Below are positions 1 to 8,872 of a DNA stretch of 26,695 nt, one piece after another. Position numbers and translations under genes: made by a program. The first letter of the stretch is position 1, and every line of letters begins with the position of its first letter. This DNA comes from a virus (taxonomy: Duplodnaviria; Caudoviricetes), in IMG/VR virus record IMGVR_UViG_3300049185_000045, positions 1 through 26,695 of that record. One strand, written 5' to 3'. Below the pieces are notes generated by a model, which made no database searches, was not told the DNA's origin, and worked only from the letters and a program-made list of their open reading frames with translations.

Positions 1-294
1 GCGCTATTCGGCGGCACGAAAGCCGCGGGCGGGCCGATGCAGTCTGGCAAGTGGTACATCGCAGGCGAGCACGGCCCGGAGGCTATCTGGGGCGGCGGCG
101 GTGCATATGCGATGGGTTACGGCGGCGGGGGCAATGGCGGCGGTGGTGTGAGCATCTCGACGCACATCGACGCGCGCGGCGCTTCGGTCGAACTCATCAG
201 CAGACTGCCGGCGGTGTTGAAGGCCAACAACGAGCAGCTCGAGGCGAAGATCGCAAGCCGCATGCGTCGCGGCTACTACGGTAACGCGCGATGA
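1..294 (+). CDS. Tail tape measure protein, C-terminal end (5' truncated by window)
   Basis: Frame open from base 1 (ALFGGTKAAGGPMQSGKWYIAGEHGPE...), resembling the 'A.GGPV..G..YLVGE.GPE' C-terminal motif of siphophage tape measures; ATGA-coupled to the Dit gene. Confidence 0.75.
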   Translation, partial: ALFGGTKAAGGPMQSGKWYIAGEHGPEAIWGGGGAYAMGYGGGGNGGGGVSISTHIDARGASVELISRLPAVLKANNEQLEAKIASRMRRGYYGNAR

Positions 295-1895
295 CTGACA
301 TTCTGCTGCCGCCGCATCTGCGCCAGGCCCGCATCCGCACGCGCTACATCGACAGCACCGGCGTCAGCGTTGGCGAATTCACTGGTGCGAAGAAGACCGC
401 GAGCAAAGGCGGTGACCGCCTGGGTGCGTCGCTGGAGTTCGTGCCGACTGGCGGCAGACAGAGCACTGGTCGTTCCGAGCGTGGCAGCCTGATCTCGTTT
501 CTGCACAAGATCCGCGGCAAGCAGAACCGCATCATCGGGACCGAGTCGGGCTACAAGCGCCGCGGCTCGTTCCCGGCTACGGAGTCGGTTTCCAATAACG
601 CGTTCGAGAATGGAACGACTGGTTGGACACCGGGCTCCGGCTCATCGCTCAGCGTGCAAGATCGTGTGCTGCGCGTTCTGCGCGCTTCGAATGCAGCGGC
701 CGGCACCGCATACGCTGCAGCACCAGCGGTCACAACCGTGCAGTACGCGCCTTATGTTTGGCGCGTCTTCGTGTCCTCCGTGCGCGGCACGGTCAACGCC
801 GGGGCATCTCACGGCGGCAACTCAATATCGATATCCGGCAACGACACGTCAGCATCTCCGGGCTATAGAAAAACAACATTCCTAGCTACGGCTACAACCG
901 GCGTAACTATTTTCGCTGACAACGTCGGCGCCCTGGCATCTATGGCCGGCGAATACTATGACGTGTCATGGACATCGCTGTCGCGCTGCGCACTTGTAGA
1001 CAACGGAACGAACCTGCTGTTGCAATCGGATGAGTTCGATACGACGTGGGCCACCGTTCGATCGAGTGTCGATGATCAGGCGGCCGGCACGGTAGATCCT
1101 ATTGGGACGAGTACCGCTGACTCACTCATCGAAGATTCGAGCAACAACACTCACTATGTACAGCAGTCGATCACGGCGTCGTCGGCTGCTGCGCCCTACA
1201 GTTACGGTGTCGCGCTTAAGGCGGGTACGCGCGGCTGGGCTCAGCTACTGCTGCAAGAGAACACCAGCGGCACAGTCACATCTGCGTATTTCAATCTGAC
1301 TACCGGAGCTGTCGGCACTACAGCGACGGGCGCCAATTGGGGCTCACTCCGGACCTTCTCGGTTAACTTGGGAAACGGCTGGTTCGCCTGCTACATCGTC
1401 GCGCAGAAGACCAACGCCGCCACGTCGTTGACTGCACAAGTCATTCTGGCCACGGCTGACGGTTCAAACAGCTACCTTGGCAATGGTACGGGCAACATCT
1501 ACGCGTGGCGCGCGACGCTAGCTCAATCTAGCGTGCCGGCGCGGCTTGTGCTGACGACTACGACGGCCAGCACAGGCACTTCGCAGACCGGCAGCGCGCT
1601 TTACATCAAGGGCCTGCCAGCTAGCACAAGCGGACTGTTTCTCGAAGGCGATCAATTCGAGATCACCACTTCGTACGGCGTAGAAATGAAGCGCGTCACC
1701 GCATCGCTCGACTCAGACGCTGCCGGCCTCGGTTACCTGCAATTCGAGCCGCCGCTGCGCGGCACTCCATCCGATAACGCGGCGATCGTAGTTCACGAGC
1801 CGATGGGGCGCTTCATTCTGGTCAGCGAAGTTCCCGAATGGGCGACGGAGCCGGGCACCTTCACGACCGCAGCGCTCGATCTCGAGGAAGCATGA
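291..1895 (+). CDS. Distal tail protein (Dit) with large internal carbohydrate-binding-like insertion
   Basis: Directly after tape measure; Dit-like ends (GEFTGAKKT..GGDRL...; GDQFEI...VTASLDSDAAG.GYLQFEPPLR) flank about 330 aa of T/S/A/G-rich beta sequence. Confidence 0.65.
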   Translation: MTDILLPPHLRQARIRTRYIDSTGVSVGEFTGAKKTASKGGDRLGASLEFVPTGGRQSTGRSERGSLISFLHKIRGKQNRIIGTESGYKRRGSFPATESVSNNAFENGTTGWTPGSGSSLSVQDRVLRVLRASNAAAGTAYAAAPAVTTVQYAPYVWRVFVSSVRGTVNAGASHGGNSISISGNDTSASPGYRKTTFLATATTGVTIFADNVGALASMAGEYYDVSWTSLSRCALVDNGTNLLLQSDEFDTTWATVRSSVDDQAAGTVDPIGTSTADSLIEDSSNNTHYVQQSITASSAAAPYSYGVALKAGTRGWAQLLLQENTSGTVTSAYFNLTTGAVGTTATGANWGSLRTFSVNLGNGWFACYIVAQKTNAATSLTAQVILATADGSNSYLGNGTGNIYAWRATLAQSSVPARLVLTTTTASTGTSQTGSALYIKGLPASTSGLFLEGDQFEITTSYGVEMKRVTASLDSDAAGLGYLQFEPPLRGTPSDNAAIVVHEPMGRFILVSEVPEWATEPGTFTTAALDLEEA

Positions 1896-2227
1896 TCTAC
1901 GAGGGGGTCGTCTACTTCGCCGGCCCCATGACCGTATGGGGCGGGCAGGTTGCAGAACACGAGGTCGTCTTCCGTGCACGCGGCCCGTGGCTGTGGGTAG
2001 TGCGGATGCAGACGCTCAGCGCGTACCGTCCGCTGGATCACAGCTGCGTCGGTTTTCAGATCAAGCGCGGGGACTTGCTGCTGGCGCATGCTAAAGCTGA
2101 GATCGAATGCGCCACACCACCAGAGACCAGCGTGGCCGATGTCGAAGCATTGCGCGAGTTCATCCGTAAGGAAGGCGAGCAGGTGAAATCGCGGATCATT
2201 GATAAGCACCGCCGCGGGCTGCACTGA
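1892..2227 (+). CDS. Hypothetical protein within tail operon
   Basis: ATG 1892 overlaps Dit stop (ATGA); its stop overlaps the next ATG (TGATG). Confidence 0.6.
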   Translation: MIYEGVVYFAGPMTVWGGQVAEHEVVFRARGPWLWVVRMQTLSAYRPLDHSCVGFQIKRGDLLLAHAKAEIECATPPETSVADVEALREFIRKEGEQVKSRIIDKHRRGLH

Positions 2228-2844
2228 TGAGCTGGTTCGCATCGTCCACAAACGAAACCGAGGCGGCGAAAGAACATTACCTGATGTTCATAGCCGTCGA
2301 CTTCGACTTCCCGAGCGGGCACATCTACTTCTGGTCTGGCATCGGCAGCCTGACAATCGGCGCGAACACCTACATCGGGACCGGCGAGCTCGGCGCGGTG
2401 AGCATGCCGGAGGAACGCAGCTCGTTGACCTTCGAGCCGAAGGTGTACCAGCTGAGCGGAGTCGATCCGGCACTCATACCTGAATCAGATATCGATGATT
2501 CGTTCGGCCGCTCGGTCGTCGAATACTTCGGTTTTCTGAACACGACGACGCGAACGCTGCTCGATACGCCGGAGACGAACTGGGAAGGTCGCATCGACTC
2601 TATTCGCCGTGTGCGCGGCGCGCGACCTCTGATCGAAGTCAAGGCAGAGCACCGCCTTGCCTTGCTCGACCAGTCGGATGATTGGTTGTTCACGCACGAG
2701 CATCAGCAGCAGTTCTTCGCGGGCGATCTCGGCTTCGATCGCATACCGAGTCTCGAGCTTAAGGAATTGAAGTGGGGTGGGGTGACTGTCACTCCGGGGC
2801 GGGGCGGTCGCGAACCCAGAGGTGGACACATCGATCATGTCTGA
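2227..2844 (+). CDS. Minor tail/hub protein (gpL/DUF2163-like)
   Basis: Motifs WSGIG.LTIG.NTYIGTGELGAVS and 'FTHEHQQQFFAGDLGFD' are typical of this siphophage tail family; synteny. Confidence 0.7.
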   Translation: MSWFASSTNETEAAKEHYLMFIAVDFDFPSGHIYFWSGIGSLTIGANTYIGTGELGAVSMPEERSSLTFEPKVYQLSGVDPALIPESDIDDSFGRSVVEYFGFLNTTTRTLLDTPETNWEGRIDSIRRVRGARPLIEVKAEHRLALLDQSDDWLFTHEHQQQFFAGDLGFDRIPSLELKELKWGGVTVTPGRGGREPRGGHIDHV

Positions 2845-3238
2845 GAGAGTCGCGAAGTGGACGCTTGCCATGCACGAGAACGTCGAGCGTTGGCGCCACA
2901 AGCCGCTATCGTTCGGCGATGCCGATTGCTTTCAGTTTCTGGCAGAGCATGTGCTCGCCATCACCGGGCGTGAATACCGAGATCGGTTCCCGCAATACGC
3001 ATCGCGCGATGAAGCCGAATCGATTCTCGATGCGACCGGCGGACCTGCGGCATTGCTGACGAGCTGTCTCGGCGAGCCTAAGCCGGTCGCTTGGGCGATG
3101 GAAGGCGATGCAGTGCTGTGCGACTTCGGCGACGGGCCGGCAGCGGCCGTATGCCTCGGCGTGTATTGCTGCGCGCCTGGTCCGCGTGGGTTGCGCTTTC
3201 AGATTACAGCGGACGCTGTTGCGGCGTGGAGCGTATAG
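2837..3238 (+). CDS. Tail assembly protein, NlpC/P60-related (DUF6950/gpK-like)
   Basis: 'FGDADCFQFLAEHVLAITG' and 'EGDAVL' motifs; lies between hub and tip genes; ATG 2837 preferred. Confidence 0.7.
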   Translation: MSERVAKWTLAMHENVERWRHKPLSFGDADCFQFLAEHVLAITGREYRDRFPQYASRDEAESILDATGGPAALLTSCLGEPKPVAWAMEGDAVLCDFGDGPAAAVCLGVYCCAPGPRGLRFQITADAVAAWSV

Positions 3239-5470
3239 GTGGGTGCTGCTGCTCCCGCAATTGGCGGCGCGATCGTCACCTTCTTCACGTCCACGGCAGT
3301 TGTCTACACGATCGCGCGCACAGTACTCATCAACCTCGCGCTAGGCGCCCTCGCTAAAAAGTTCGCCAAGAAAGATCGGCGAGAGGTCCCGCCGGTCAAC
3401 GTCACGATCCGCGGCAGCATCGAGAACCGCCGGATAGTGTTCGGGACGCGGCGCGTTGGCGGCGTCCTGGTGTTCTACGAGACGAGCGGAACCAACAAGA
3501 ACACGCTGTGGTATGTGATCGCCTACACAGGGCATCAGGTCAGCGCCATCAATGATGTCTGGGTTGATAGCGTGCTGATACACAATGCCGACATCGGCGG
3601 CGGCGCAGCGGCTGGCGGCGCAGTCAGCTCCGGCCAATTCAACGGCAAGCTGTCCATATTTAAATTCCTCGGCACCGGCGCCCAGACTGTGCAAACGGAT
3701 CTGGACACAGCGTCCGCAAGCTGGACCTCGAATCATCGGCTACGAGGGTGCTCGTACATCGTCGCCAAGATGACGCGCGACGACACGGCTTATCCGAGCG
3801 GCTCGCCGAACTCCATCACGGTACTGATGGATGGTGCGCTGTTGTACGACCCGCGCCTCGATTCGACGAATGGTGGAGCCGGCACACACCGCCGCACCGA
3901 TCCGCAGACATGGGCGTTTTCGCGCAATCCGGCATTGGCCTGGCGCTGGTTTGTGTCGGGCGGCAGCGTCGTTAACGACCAGGCGAGCCGCCTTGTCATG
4001 TACGGTGCTCGCGAGACTGACGCGCGCATTCTCGATACGTACGTGGCGGCTGCAGCCAACAAGTGCGACGAATCCATCAGCGGGGCGAATGCTCCGCCCG
4101 GCGGTGCGCAGCTTCGATATTGTTGCGACCTTGAGGCGTCGACGGGTGAGTCGCGTCGCGACATCATCGAAGCGATTCTGGCTACGATGGCGGGAACAGC
4201 GACCAACGAACACGGACAATGGCGCCTGCGTGCAGGCGCCTACGACTCACCGCTACATACGCTGACGCAGGACGATCTGTATGGCGAGCTGGAGATCCAG
4301 GACACAAGCGCACACGACGCGCGCTACAACGCTGTAGGCGCAACCTACGTAGACGCATCAAGCCAGTACGTCGAGCGAACGACCATCCTTCGGACGGATT
4401 CTGCATACGAGACGCAAGATGGCGGCGAGCGCATTCAACGCATCATCGATCTGCGCGGCGTCATCAATGTCTACCAAGCGCAGAGGCTGTGCGAGATCGA
4501 ACTGCGTAAGTCGCGCATGCAACGCTCGACCCGCCTCATCGGCGCACTGAACCTGCTGAAGATCGCGAAGCAGGAAACGCTGAACCTCTCGGACAATGCG
4601 CTGACGTGGTCGAGCAGGATATTCCGCTGCCACGCACGGCAGTTCGAGTTCAACGAGGAAGCCGGCCGCGTTGTGATCACGGCGCAGCGAGAAGATCCGT
4701 CTGTTTACGCGGACATGCTGACCGCGGACTACACGACCGGCACCAGCGATACAGACGAATTCGTGCTCGACGGGCCCGACGCCCCGACTGGGCTCAGCTC
4801 TACGAGCTTGCCGAACTCGATCCTATTCACGATCACGATGCCCGCCTTCAAGGGGCCGAACGCCATCGTAGAGCTGTGGGAGTACACGTCATCGACGCCG
4901 TTCGCTAGCGCAACGAAGATCGCCGAGTCTGACTCGAACGTCATCGAGATCACGAAGCGTGACACGACCGCGCGGTTCTACTGGGTGCGGCTTAGAAATC
5001 TCTACGGGCAGGTTAGTGCGACATTCCCGGCGAGCACGGGGCAATCCGCACAGGCCCTCTTCACGCAGACCGGCGACATTGACCCGAACGCCGCTACTGA
5101 GGTCCGGACTCAGCAGACCGCTGGACCGATCTCAACAGGCAGCCAGACAAACACCAGCGTTACGGTTGACACTCTGTCATTTACTGCCGCTGACGCCGGC
5201 GACCTTGTTGTAACAATCGCATTCGATGGCCAAAAGACCGCCGGAGCTGGCACGACACAAGGGTTTGTAGCTGTTGACGTCGGCGGTGTTCAGGTGGGCG
5301 CGAGTACGGGCGCGCTGCTGGATGGCACTAACAGGTCCTTCGTGATTCGGTTCATTCAGGCGATCACTGCTGATTCGATCGACGTAAAGCTGCGCAGCAA
5401 ACACTCGGGCGGCACGTCTACGGCTAGCTATTCCAACATCGACATCGAGACTGAGTTTGTGAAGCGATGA
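3239..5470 (+). CDS. Tail tip / host specificity protein (J-like)
   Basis: 743 aa; 'RRIVFGTRRVGG', 'LYDPR', 'SRNPALA', and FnIII-like 'PDAPTGL...YWVRLRNLYGQVS' motifs. Confidence 0.85.
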   Translation: MGAAAPAIGGAIVTFFTSTAVVYTIARTVLINLALGALAKKFAKKDRREVPPVNVTIRGSIENRRIVFGTRRVGGVLVFYETSGTNKNTLWYVIAYTGHQVSAINDVWVDSVLIHNADIGGGAAAGGAVSSGQFNGKLSIFKFLGTGAQTVQTDLDTASASWTSNHRLRGCSYIVAKMTRDDTAYPSGSPNSITVLMDGALLYDPRLDSTNGGAGTHRRTDPQTWAFSRNPALAWRWFVSGGSVVNDQASRLVMYGARETDARILDTYVAAAANKCDESISGANAPPGGAQLRYCCDLEASTGESRRDIIEAILATMAGTATNEHGQWRLRAGAYDSPLHTLTQDDLYGELEIQDTSAHDARYNAVGATYVDASSQYVERTTILRTDSAYETQDGGERIQRIIDLRGVINVYQAQRLCEIELRKSRMQRSTRLIGALNLLKIAKQETLNLSDNALTWSSRIFRCHARQFEFNEEAGRVVITAQREDPSVYADMLTADYTTGTSDTDEFVLDGPDAPTGLSSTSLPNSILFTITMPAFKGPNAIVELWEYTSSTPFASATKIAESDSNVIEITKRDTTARFYWVRLRNLYGQVSATFPASTGQSAQALFTQTGDIDPNAATEVRTQQTAGPISTGSQTNTSVTVDTLSFTAADAGDLVVTIAFDGQKTAGAGTTQGFVAVDVGGVQVGASTGALLDGTNRSFVIRFIQAITADSIDVKLRSKHSGGTSTASYSNIDIETEFVKR

Positions 5471-5880
5471 CGCGCCGCTGGTCCTTCTACGATCTGCAGA
5501 CCGGAGAGTTCACCGGTCGCCAAATGACCGCGCCGGACGATAAGGATCTGAAGCGCAACACGCCCTCAGGCTGGGGCGCAATAGAGGGCGCATACGACCC
5601 GAACGCATACCGGGTAGATCTCGTCAATGGCGTGGTCGTGGACTGGGTCAATGCGGCACGCATCGAAGCACAGGTCCGCCGCGAATCAGTCCTCAACGCG
5701 CAAGCTCGCATCGCCGAACTTGAGACCAAACAGCAGCGCGTTATCCGAGAGGCATCGCTGCGCCCCAACGAGCGCGGGGAAGATGGCAAGCAGCCACGCG
5801 ACCGGCTGCAGGAAATAGACGACGAAATCGCAGCGCTGCGCGCAGTGATCAGTGCCGGAACGGATACCAGCGCGCCTTGA
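5467..5880 (+). CDS. Hypothetical tail-associated protein (possible fibre assembly chaperone)
   Basis: ATGA-coupled to tip gene; C-terminal 'RLQEIDDEIAALR' coil. Confidence 0.55.
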   Translation: MTRRWSFYDLQTGEFTGRQMTAPDDKDLKRNTPSGWGAIEGAYDPNAYRVDLVNGVVVDWVNAARIEAQVRRESVLNAQARIAELETKQQRVIREASLRPNERGEDGKQPRDRLQEIDDEIAALRAVISAGTDTSAP

Positions 5881-6190
5881 TCGCAACGCCTTTGACTGCC
5901 GGCGCGCCGCTGTCATTGAAGCTGCCGCTGTAGAAGCCCTCAGCCGAGAGCGTCACAGCACTGAACCGCCACTCGTAGCCGAGGGCGAATCGGCCGTAAG
6001 GGTTGTAAGCGTCGTCGACCGTCTCCAGTGCCGTCACAGTCTCGATCGCATTGCCTCCGTGGTTCGTCCTGGTAACCCATTCTAGGTGCGGGAAGTCCGC
6101 GTCCTGGTAGCTGAGTCCGCCATCGACATAGAAGCTCGACCAGCTGAAGCAGGCGAGCAGGGCGTGTATTGAGCAGGCGAGTGCATCCAT
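5849..6190 (-). CDS. Small outer-membrane beta-strand protein (moron)
   Basis: AAGGAG SD before ATG 6190; four amphipathic strands with aromatic residues; ends ...KARWYPFRH. Confidence 0.55.
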   Translation of the reverse strand: MDALACSIHALLACFSWSSFYVDGGLSYQDADFPHLEWVTRTNHGGNAIETVTALETVDDAYNPYGRFALGYEWRFSAVTLSAEGFYSGSFNDSGAPAVKGVAIKARWYPFRH

Positions 6191-6191
6191 T

Positions 6192-6353
6192 TCAGTCTCC
6201 TTGAGCTTTCTCTGCGGCCCGTGCGATGCCGCGGCTGAGATTGTTGTCACCGAGTTTCCGTAACTTCTCCGCCACTCGCGGCTCCAGTACGACCTGGTAA
6301 CGCTTCTTTGCTTCGTTGCCAGATACGGGTCGGCCCGGACGTCTCCGCTTCAT
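6192..6353 (-). CDS. Small ribbon-helix-helix-like DNA-binding protein
   Basis: MKRRRPGRP...KKRYQVVLEPRVAEKLRKLGDNNLSRGIARA; basic GRP hook followed by strand-helix-helix pattern. Confidence 0.6.
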   Translation of the reverse strand: MKRRRPGRPVSGNEAKKRYQVVLEPRVAEKLRKLGDNNLSRGIARAAEKAQGD

Positions 6354-6363
6354 GGTCGCTAGA

Positions 6364-6391
6364 TTTATACACACTTAATTGCAATAGGCAA
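6364..6391 (-). promoter_or_regulatory. Putative sigma70 promoter for the moron (TTGCCT-16-TATAAA)
   Basis: AT-rich gap; -35 at 6391-6386 and -10 at 6369-6364 on minus strand. Confidence 0.4.
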
Positions 6392-6404
6392 GAGACTTGA
6401 CGTA

Positions 6405-6725
6405 ATGCCTGAAAGCGACGACTTCGAATCAGAGCTTCGCGGAGACATGCCTAGGACCATCAACAAACGCGACCCCGTGGCGATCGCGGTGGGGCTGGTC
6501 AACCTGCTGGCGCTGATTGGCGGCTATGCGTGGTACGGCGGGCGGCTCGACCAGCGCGTCGGGTCGCTCGAGGAAACCCGTCGCCAGGATCGCGATGCGG
6601 CGAACGCAAAGGTCAATCTCGACGCTGTGCAGACGGTGCAGATAGCCGAGCTGCAGAAGGATGTGAAGTACATGCGAGAGACGCTGGACCGCATCGATCG
6701 CAAGATTCCCGAGAGGGGTCGCTGA
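6405..6725 (+). CDS. Single-TM coiled-coil protein (lysis region; holin/XhlA-like)
   Basis: TM VAIAVGLVNLLALIGGYAWYG followed by a heptad-like tail. Confidence 0.6.
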   Translation: MPESDDFESELRGDMPRTINKRDPVAIAVGLVNLLALIGGYAWYGGRLDQRVGSLEETRRQDRDAANAKVNLDAVQTVQIAELQKDVKYMRETLDRIDRKIPERGR

Positions 6726-7066
6726 TGAGCGACGTCAACGGGGATATCGATACCAGCCAGCATGGCAGCGGGCAGCACCAGCGCACCGACATCGACATGG
6801 GCGGCGTTCCGCAGTGGGCGAATGCAGTGCTGGCGGGTGCAGCGATAGCAATCGCGATCGGATCGATACTCGTATACGAGTTCCGGATTGACTCCAAGGT
6901 CGCAGCGGCCAAAGCAGAGGCGCGCGCCGAGTTCGCTGATGCATTGGCGAAAGCACAGGCGGATATGCACCTCGCCGAAACCAACGCGCTGCTCGCCAAA
7001 GACCGCACGGATAAAATGGCGGCGTCCCTGGAGGCACGGGGGCTCATCAAACTGGAGAATCACTGA
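6725..7066 (+). CDS. Single-TM Ala-rich coiled-coil protein (i-spanin-like candidate)
   Basis: ATG 6725 in TGATG overlap; TM AVLAGAAIAIAIGSILVY then AAAKAEARAEFADALAKAQ. Confidence 0.55.
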   Translation: MSDVNGDIDTSQHGSGQHQRTDIDMGGVPQWANAVLAGAAIAIAIGSILVYEFRIDSKVAAAKAEARAEFADALAKAQADMHLAETNALLAKDRTDKMAASLEARGLIKLENH

Positions 7067-7263
7067 TGTCACACGAAGTCATCATCATTCATCAAGGCGA
7101 CGGGCTCGGCGGGAAAGTCGAGTCGCGCCTCAGCTGGCAACCCTCGCACGATCTCACTGACGACGAGCAGTTCAAGCGCCTGAAGCACGCGAACAAGGTG
7201 CTCGACAGGCTGAGCGATTTTCTATACGCGCCGGCTGGCGCTGAAGGGCCTGACGAGAGCTAA
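7066..7263 (+). CDS. Hypothetical protein
   Basis: GGAG SD; TGATG and TAATG coupling at its two ends. Confidence 0.55.
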   Translation: MSHEVIIIHQGDGLGGKVESRLSWQPSHDLTDDEQFKRLKHANKVLDRLSDFLYAPAGAEGPDES

Positions 7264-7601
7264 TGGATCCGTGGCAAATCATCGGCACAGCCGTTGTCAT
7301 CGTATGCGGTCTGGTCGGCGTCATCTACTGGGCCGGCCAGACCCGCGACGACAAACAGGATGCGCGGTTCGATAAGGATGAGGCGAAGTTGGATACACAC
7401 ATTCGCGACGACATCGAAGCGCACGAGCGGCTCAAAGCAGTGGAAACAAAGGTCGAAAACCTGCAGATCGAAGTGAGGTCACTGCGAGAAATGCGTCACG
7501 AGATCATCGAGCAGTGCTCGCGCTCCATCGCTGACTTCTACACTGACTCCGTCAAGCGTATTGCTGATCTGCGCGAGTGGATCGTGGACAGGCTGAAATG
7601 A
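7263..7601 (+). CDS. N-terminal TM coiled-coil protein (lysis region)
   Basis: TM IIGTAVVIVCGLVGVIYW then charged coil. Confidence 0.6.
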   Translation: MDPWQIIGTAVVIVCGLVGVIYWAGQTRDDKQDARFDKDEAKLDTHIRDDIEAHERLKAVETKVENLQIEVRSLREMRHEIIEQCSRSIADFYTDSVKRIADLREWIVDRLK

Positions 7602-7690
7602 GCCGGGCCATCGTCTTCTTGCTAGTCCTGTTCGTAGCTCTGTGCCTCGGTGGAATCTACTACTGGTTCGAGCAGCGGGAGAATCGGTGA
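7598..7690 (+). CDS. 30-aa membrane peptide (not in ORF track)
   Basis: MSRAIVFLLVLFVALCLGGIYYWFEQRENR; ATGA overlap upstream and GTGA overlap with the endolysin start. Confidence 0.6.
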   Translation: MSRAIVFLLVLFVALCLGGIYYWFEQRENR

Positions 7691-8163
7691 CGCGTCAGCT
7701 CTCTCCACACTTCACGCTCGACGAATTCCTGCACAGCGATGTGGCTGCGCGCATGGGTCGCGAACTCGTGCCGTCGCTTGAGATCATCGCCAACCTCGAG
7801 CGCTTGGCCGTGACGCTGCTGGAGCCGATTCGCGTCGCACTCGGCAAGCCTGTGACCATCACCAGCGGATGGCGCCCTGACTGGCTCAACACGCTCATCG
7901 GTGGGTCGAACTCCAGCGAGCACTGCTTCGGCCGCGCTGCTGACTTCCACGTCGCCGGCGTGCCAGCGATCGAGATCAGCGCGGCGGTCGTCGAAACGGT
8001 GGCGACGCTGCCGTTCAACCAGCTTATCCATGAATTCGACGCGTGGACGCACATCAGCGTCTGCGCAATCAACGAACAGCCGAGGCGCCAAGTGCTCACC
8101 GCGCGCCGCATCGGCAGCACAACAAGATATCTCAGCGGGATCATCCCGAAGGCGGCAGCGTGA
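7687..8163 (+). CDS. Endolysin, peptidase M15 family
   Basis: LSPHFTLDEF, TSGWR..WLN..IGGS.SSEHCFGRAADF, WTHIS (Zn ligands H, D, H); GTG 7687 with GGAG SD. Confidence 0.9.
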   Translation: MTRQLSPHFTLDEFLHSDVAARMGRELVPSLEIIANLERLAVTLLEPIRVALGKPVTITSGWRPDWLNTLIGGSNSSEHCFGRAADFHVAGVPAIEISAAVVETVATLPFNQLIHEFDAWTHISVCAINEQPRRQVLTARRIGSTTRYLSGIIPKAAA

Positions 8164-8678
8164 AGCTCGACTGGAAAGCAATTGTCGGCAGCGTGGCTCC
8201 GACGATCGCGACTGCACTCGGCGGTCCGCTCGCTGGCGTGGCCATCAAGACTCTGGCGACACAGCTTCTGGGAAAGCCAGACGCGACGCCCGAGGAAGTC
8301 GAGGCGGCAGTGGTCGGCGCCGATCCGCAGACGCTGCTCCGGCTGAAGGAGATCGAGGCCGAGTTCAAGAAGGCGATGCTCGACGCCGGCATCAAGATGG
8401 AACAGCTAGCATCGCAAGATCGGGCAAGCGCCAGAGCTCGCGAGATCGCGGTCAGGGACCGCACGCCGGCATATCTCGCATACGCCATCACCATCGGCTT
8501 CTTCGGTACGCTCGGCTTCATGCTCGTGAACGGCAAACCCGAGACCGGCGGCGACGCGCTGCTCGTCATGCTGGGATCGCTCGGCACCGCGTGGGCTGGC
8601 GTCGTCGCCTACTACTTCGGCTCGAGCGCTGGCAGCAGGAAGAAGGACGAAGCGCTCAGTCAGATGGCGCGGGTATAG
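8160..8678 (+). CDS. Holin (3TM / GTA-holin-like)
   Basis: VAPTIATALGGPLAG, DRASARARE, two C-terminal TMs, YYFGSSAGS..KD; GTGA-coupled start. Confidence 0.8.
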   Translation: MKLDWKAIVGSVAPTIATALGGPLAGVAIKTLATQLLGKPDATPEEVEAAVVGADPQTLLRLKEIEAEFKKAMLDAGIKMEQLASQDRASARAREIAVRDRTPAYLAYAITIGFFGTLGFMLVNGKPETGGDALLVMLGSLGTAWAGVVAYYFGSSAGSRKKDEALSQMARV

Positions 8679-8796
8679 GCTCGCGCGTCTTGCAGTCGAA
8701 GTCCGTGCCCTTGAGATAGAACGGCGGATTCTCCTGGCACTTGTGCTCGCCGCACCCGCACAGCTCAAGCGCCAGCACGATCATCATGATCTTCAT
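8656..8796 (-). CDS. Small putative lipoprotein, 46 aa (not in ORF track)
   Basis: MKIMMIVLALELCGCGEHKCQENPPFYLKGTDFDCKTREPIPAPSD; strong GGAGGAAGGA SD; lipobox-like LCGC. Confidence 0.55.
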   Translation of the reverse strand: MKIMMIVLALELCGCGEHKCQENPPFYLKGTDFDCKTREPIPAPSD

Positions 8797-8872
8797 TGTT
8801 CCTTCCTCCCTCTTGTAAGACTTCTCTGTGCGTTCCTTCTATCCCTGAGTTATGTCCGGTCAGGAGACACAG

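Noticed and set aside
3239-5880. Diversity-generating retroelement or invertible tail-fibre cassette
   Set aside because: No reverse transcriptase or invertase, and no duplicated TR/VR segment seen by eye
7901-8719. 272-aa alternative-frame ORF over the endolysin and holin
   Set aside because: Arg/Ser-rich shadow frame with no lipobox or motif, typical of GC-rich DNA
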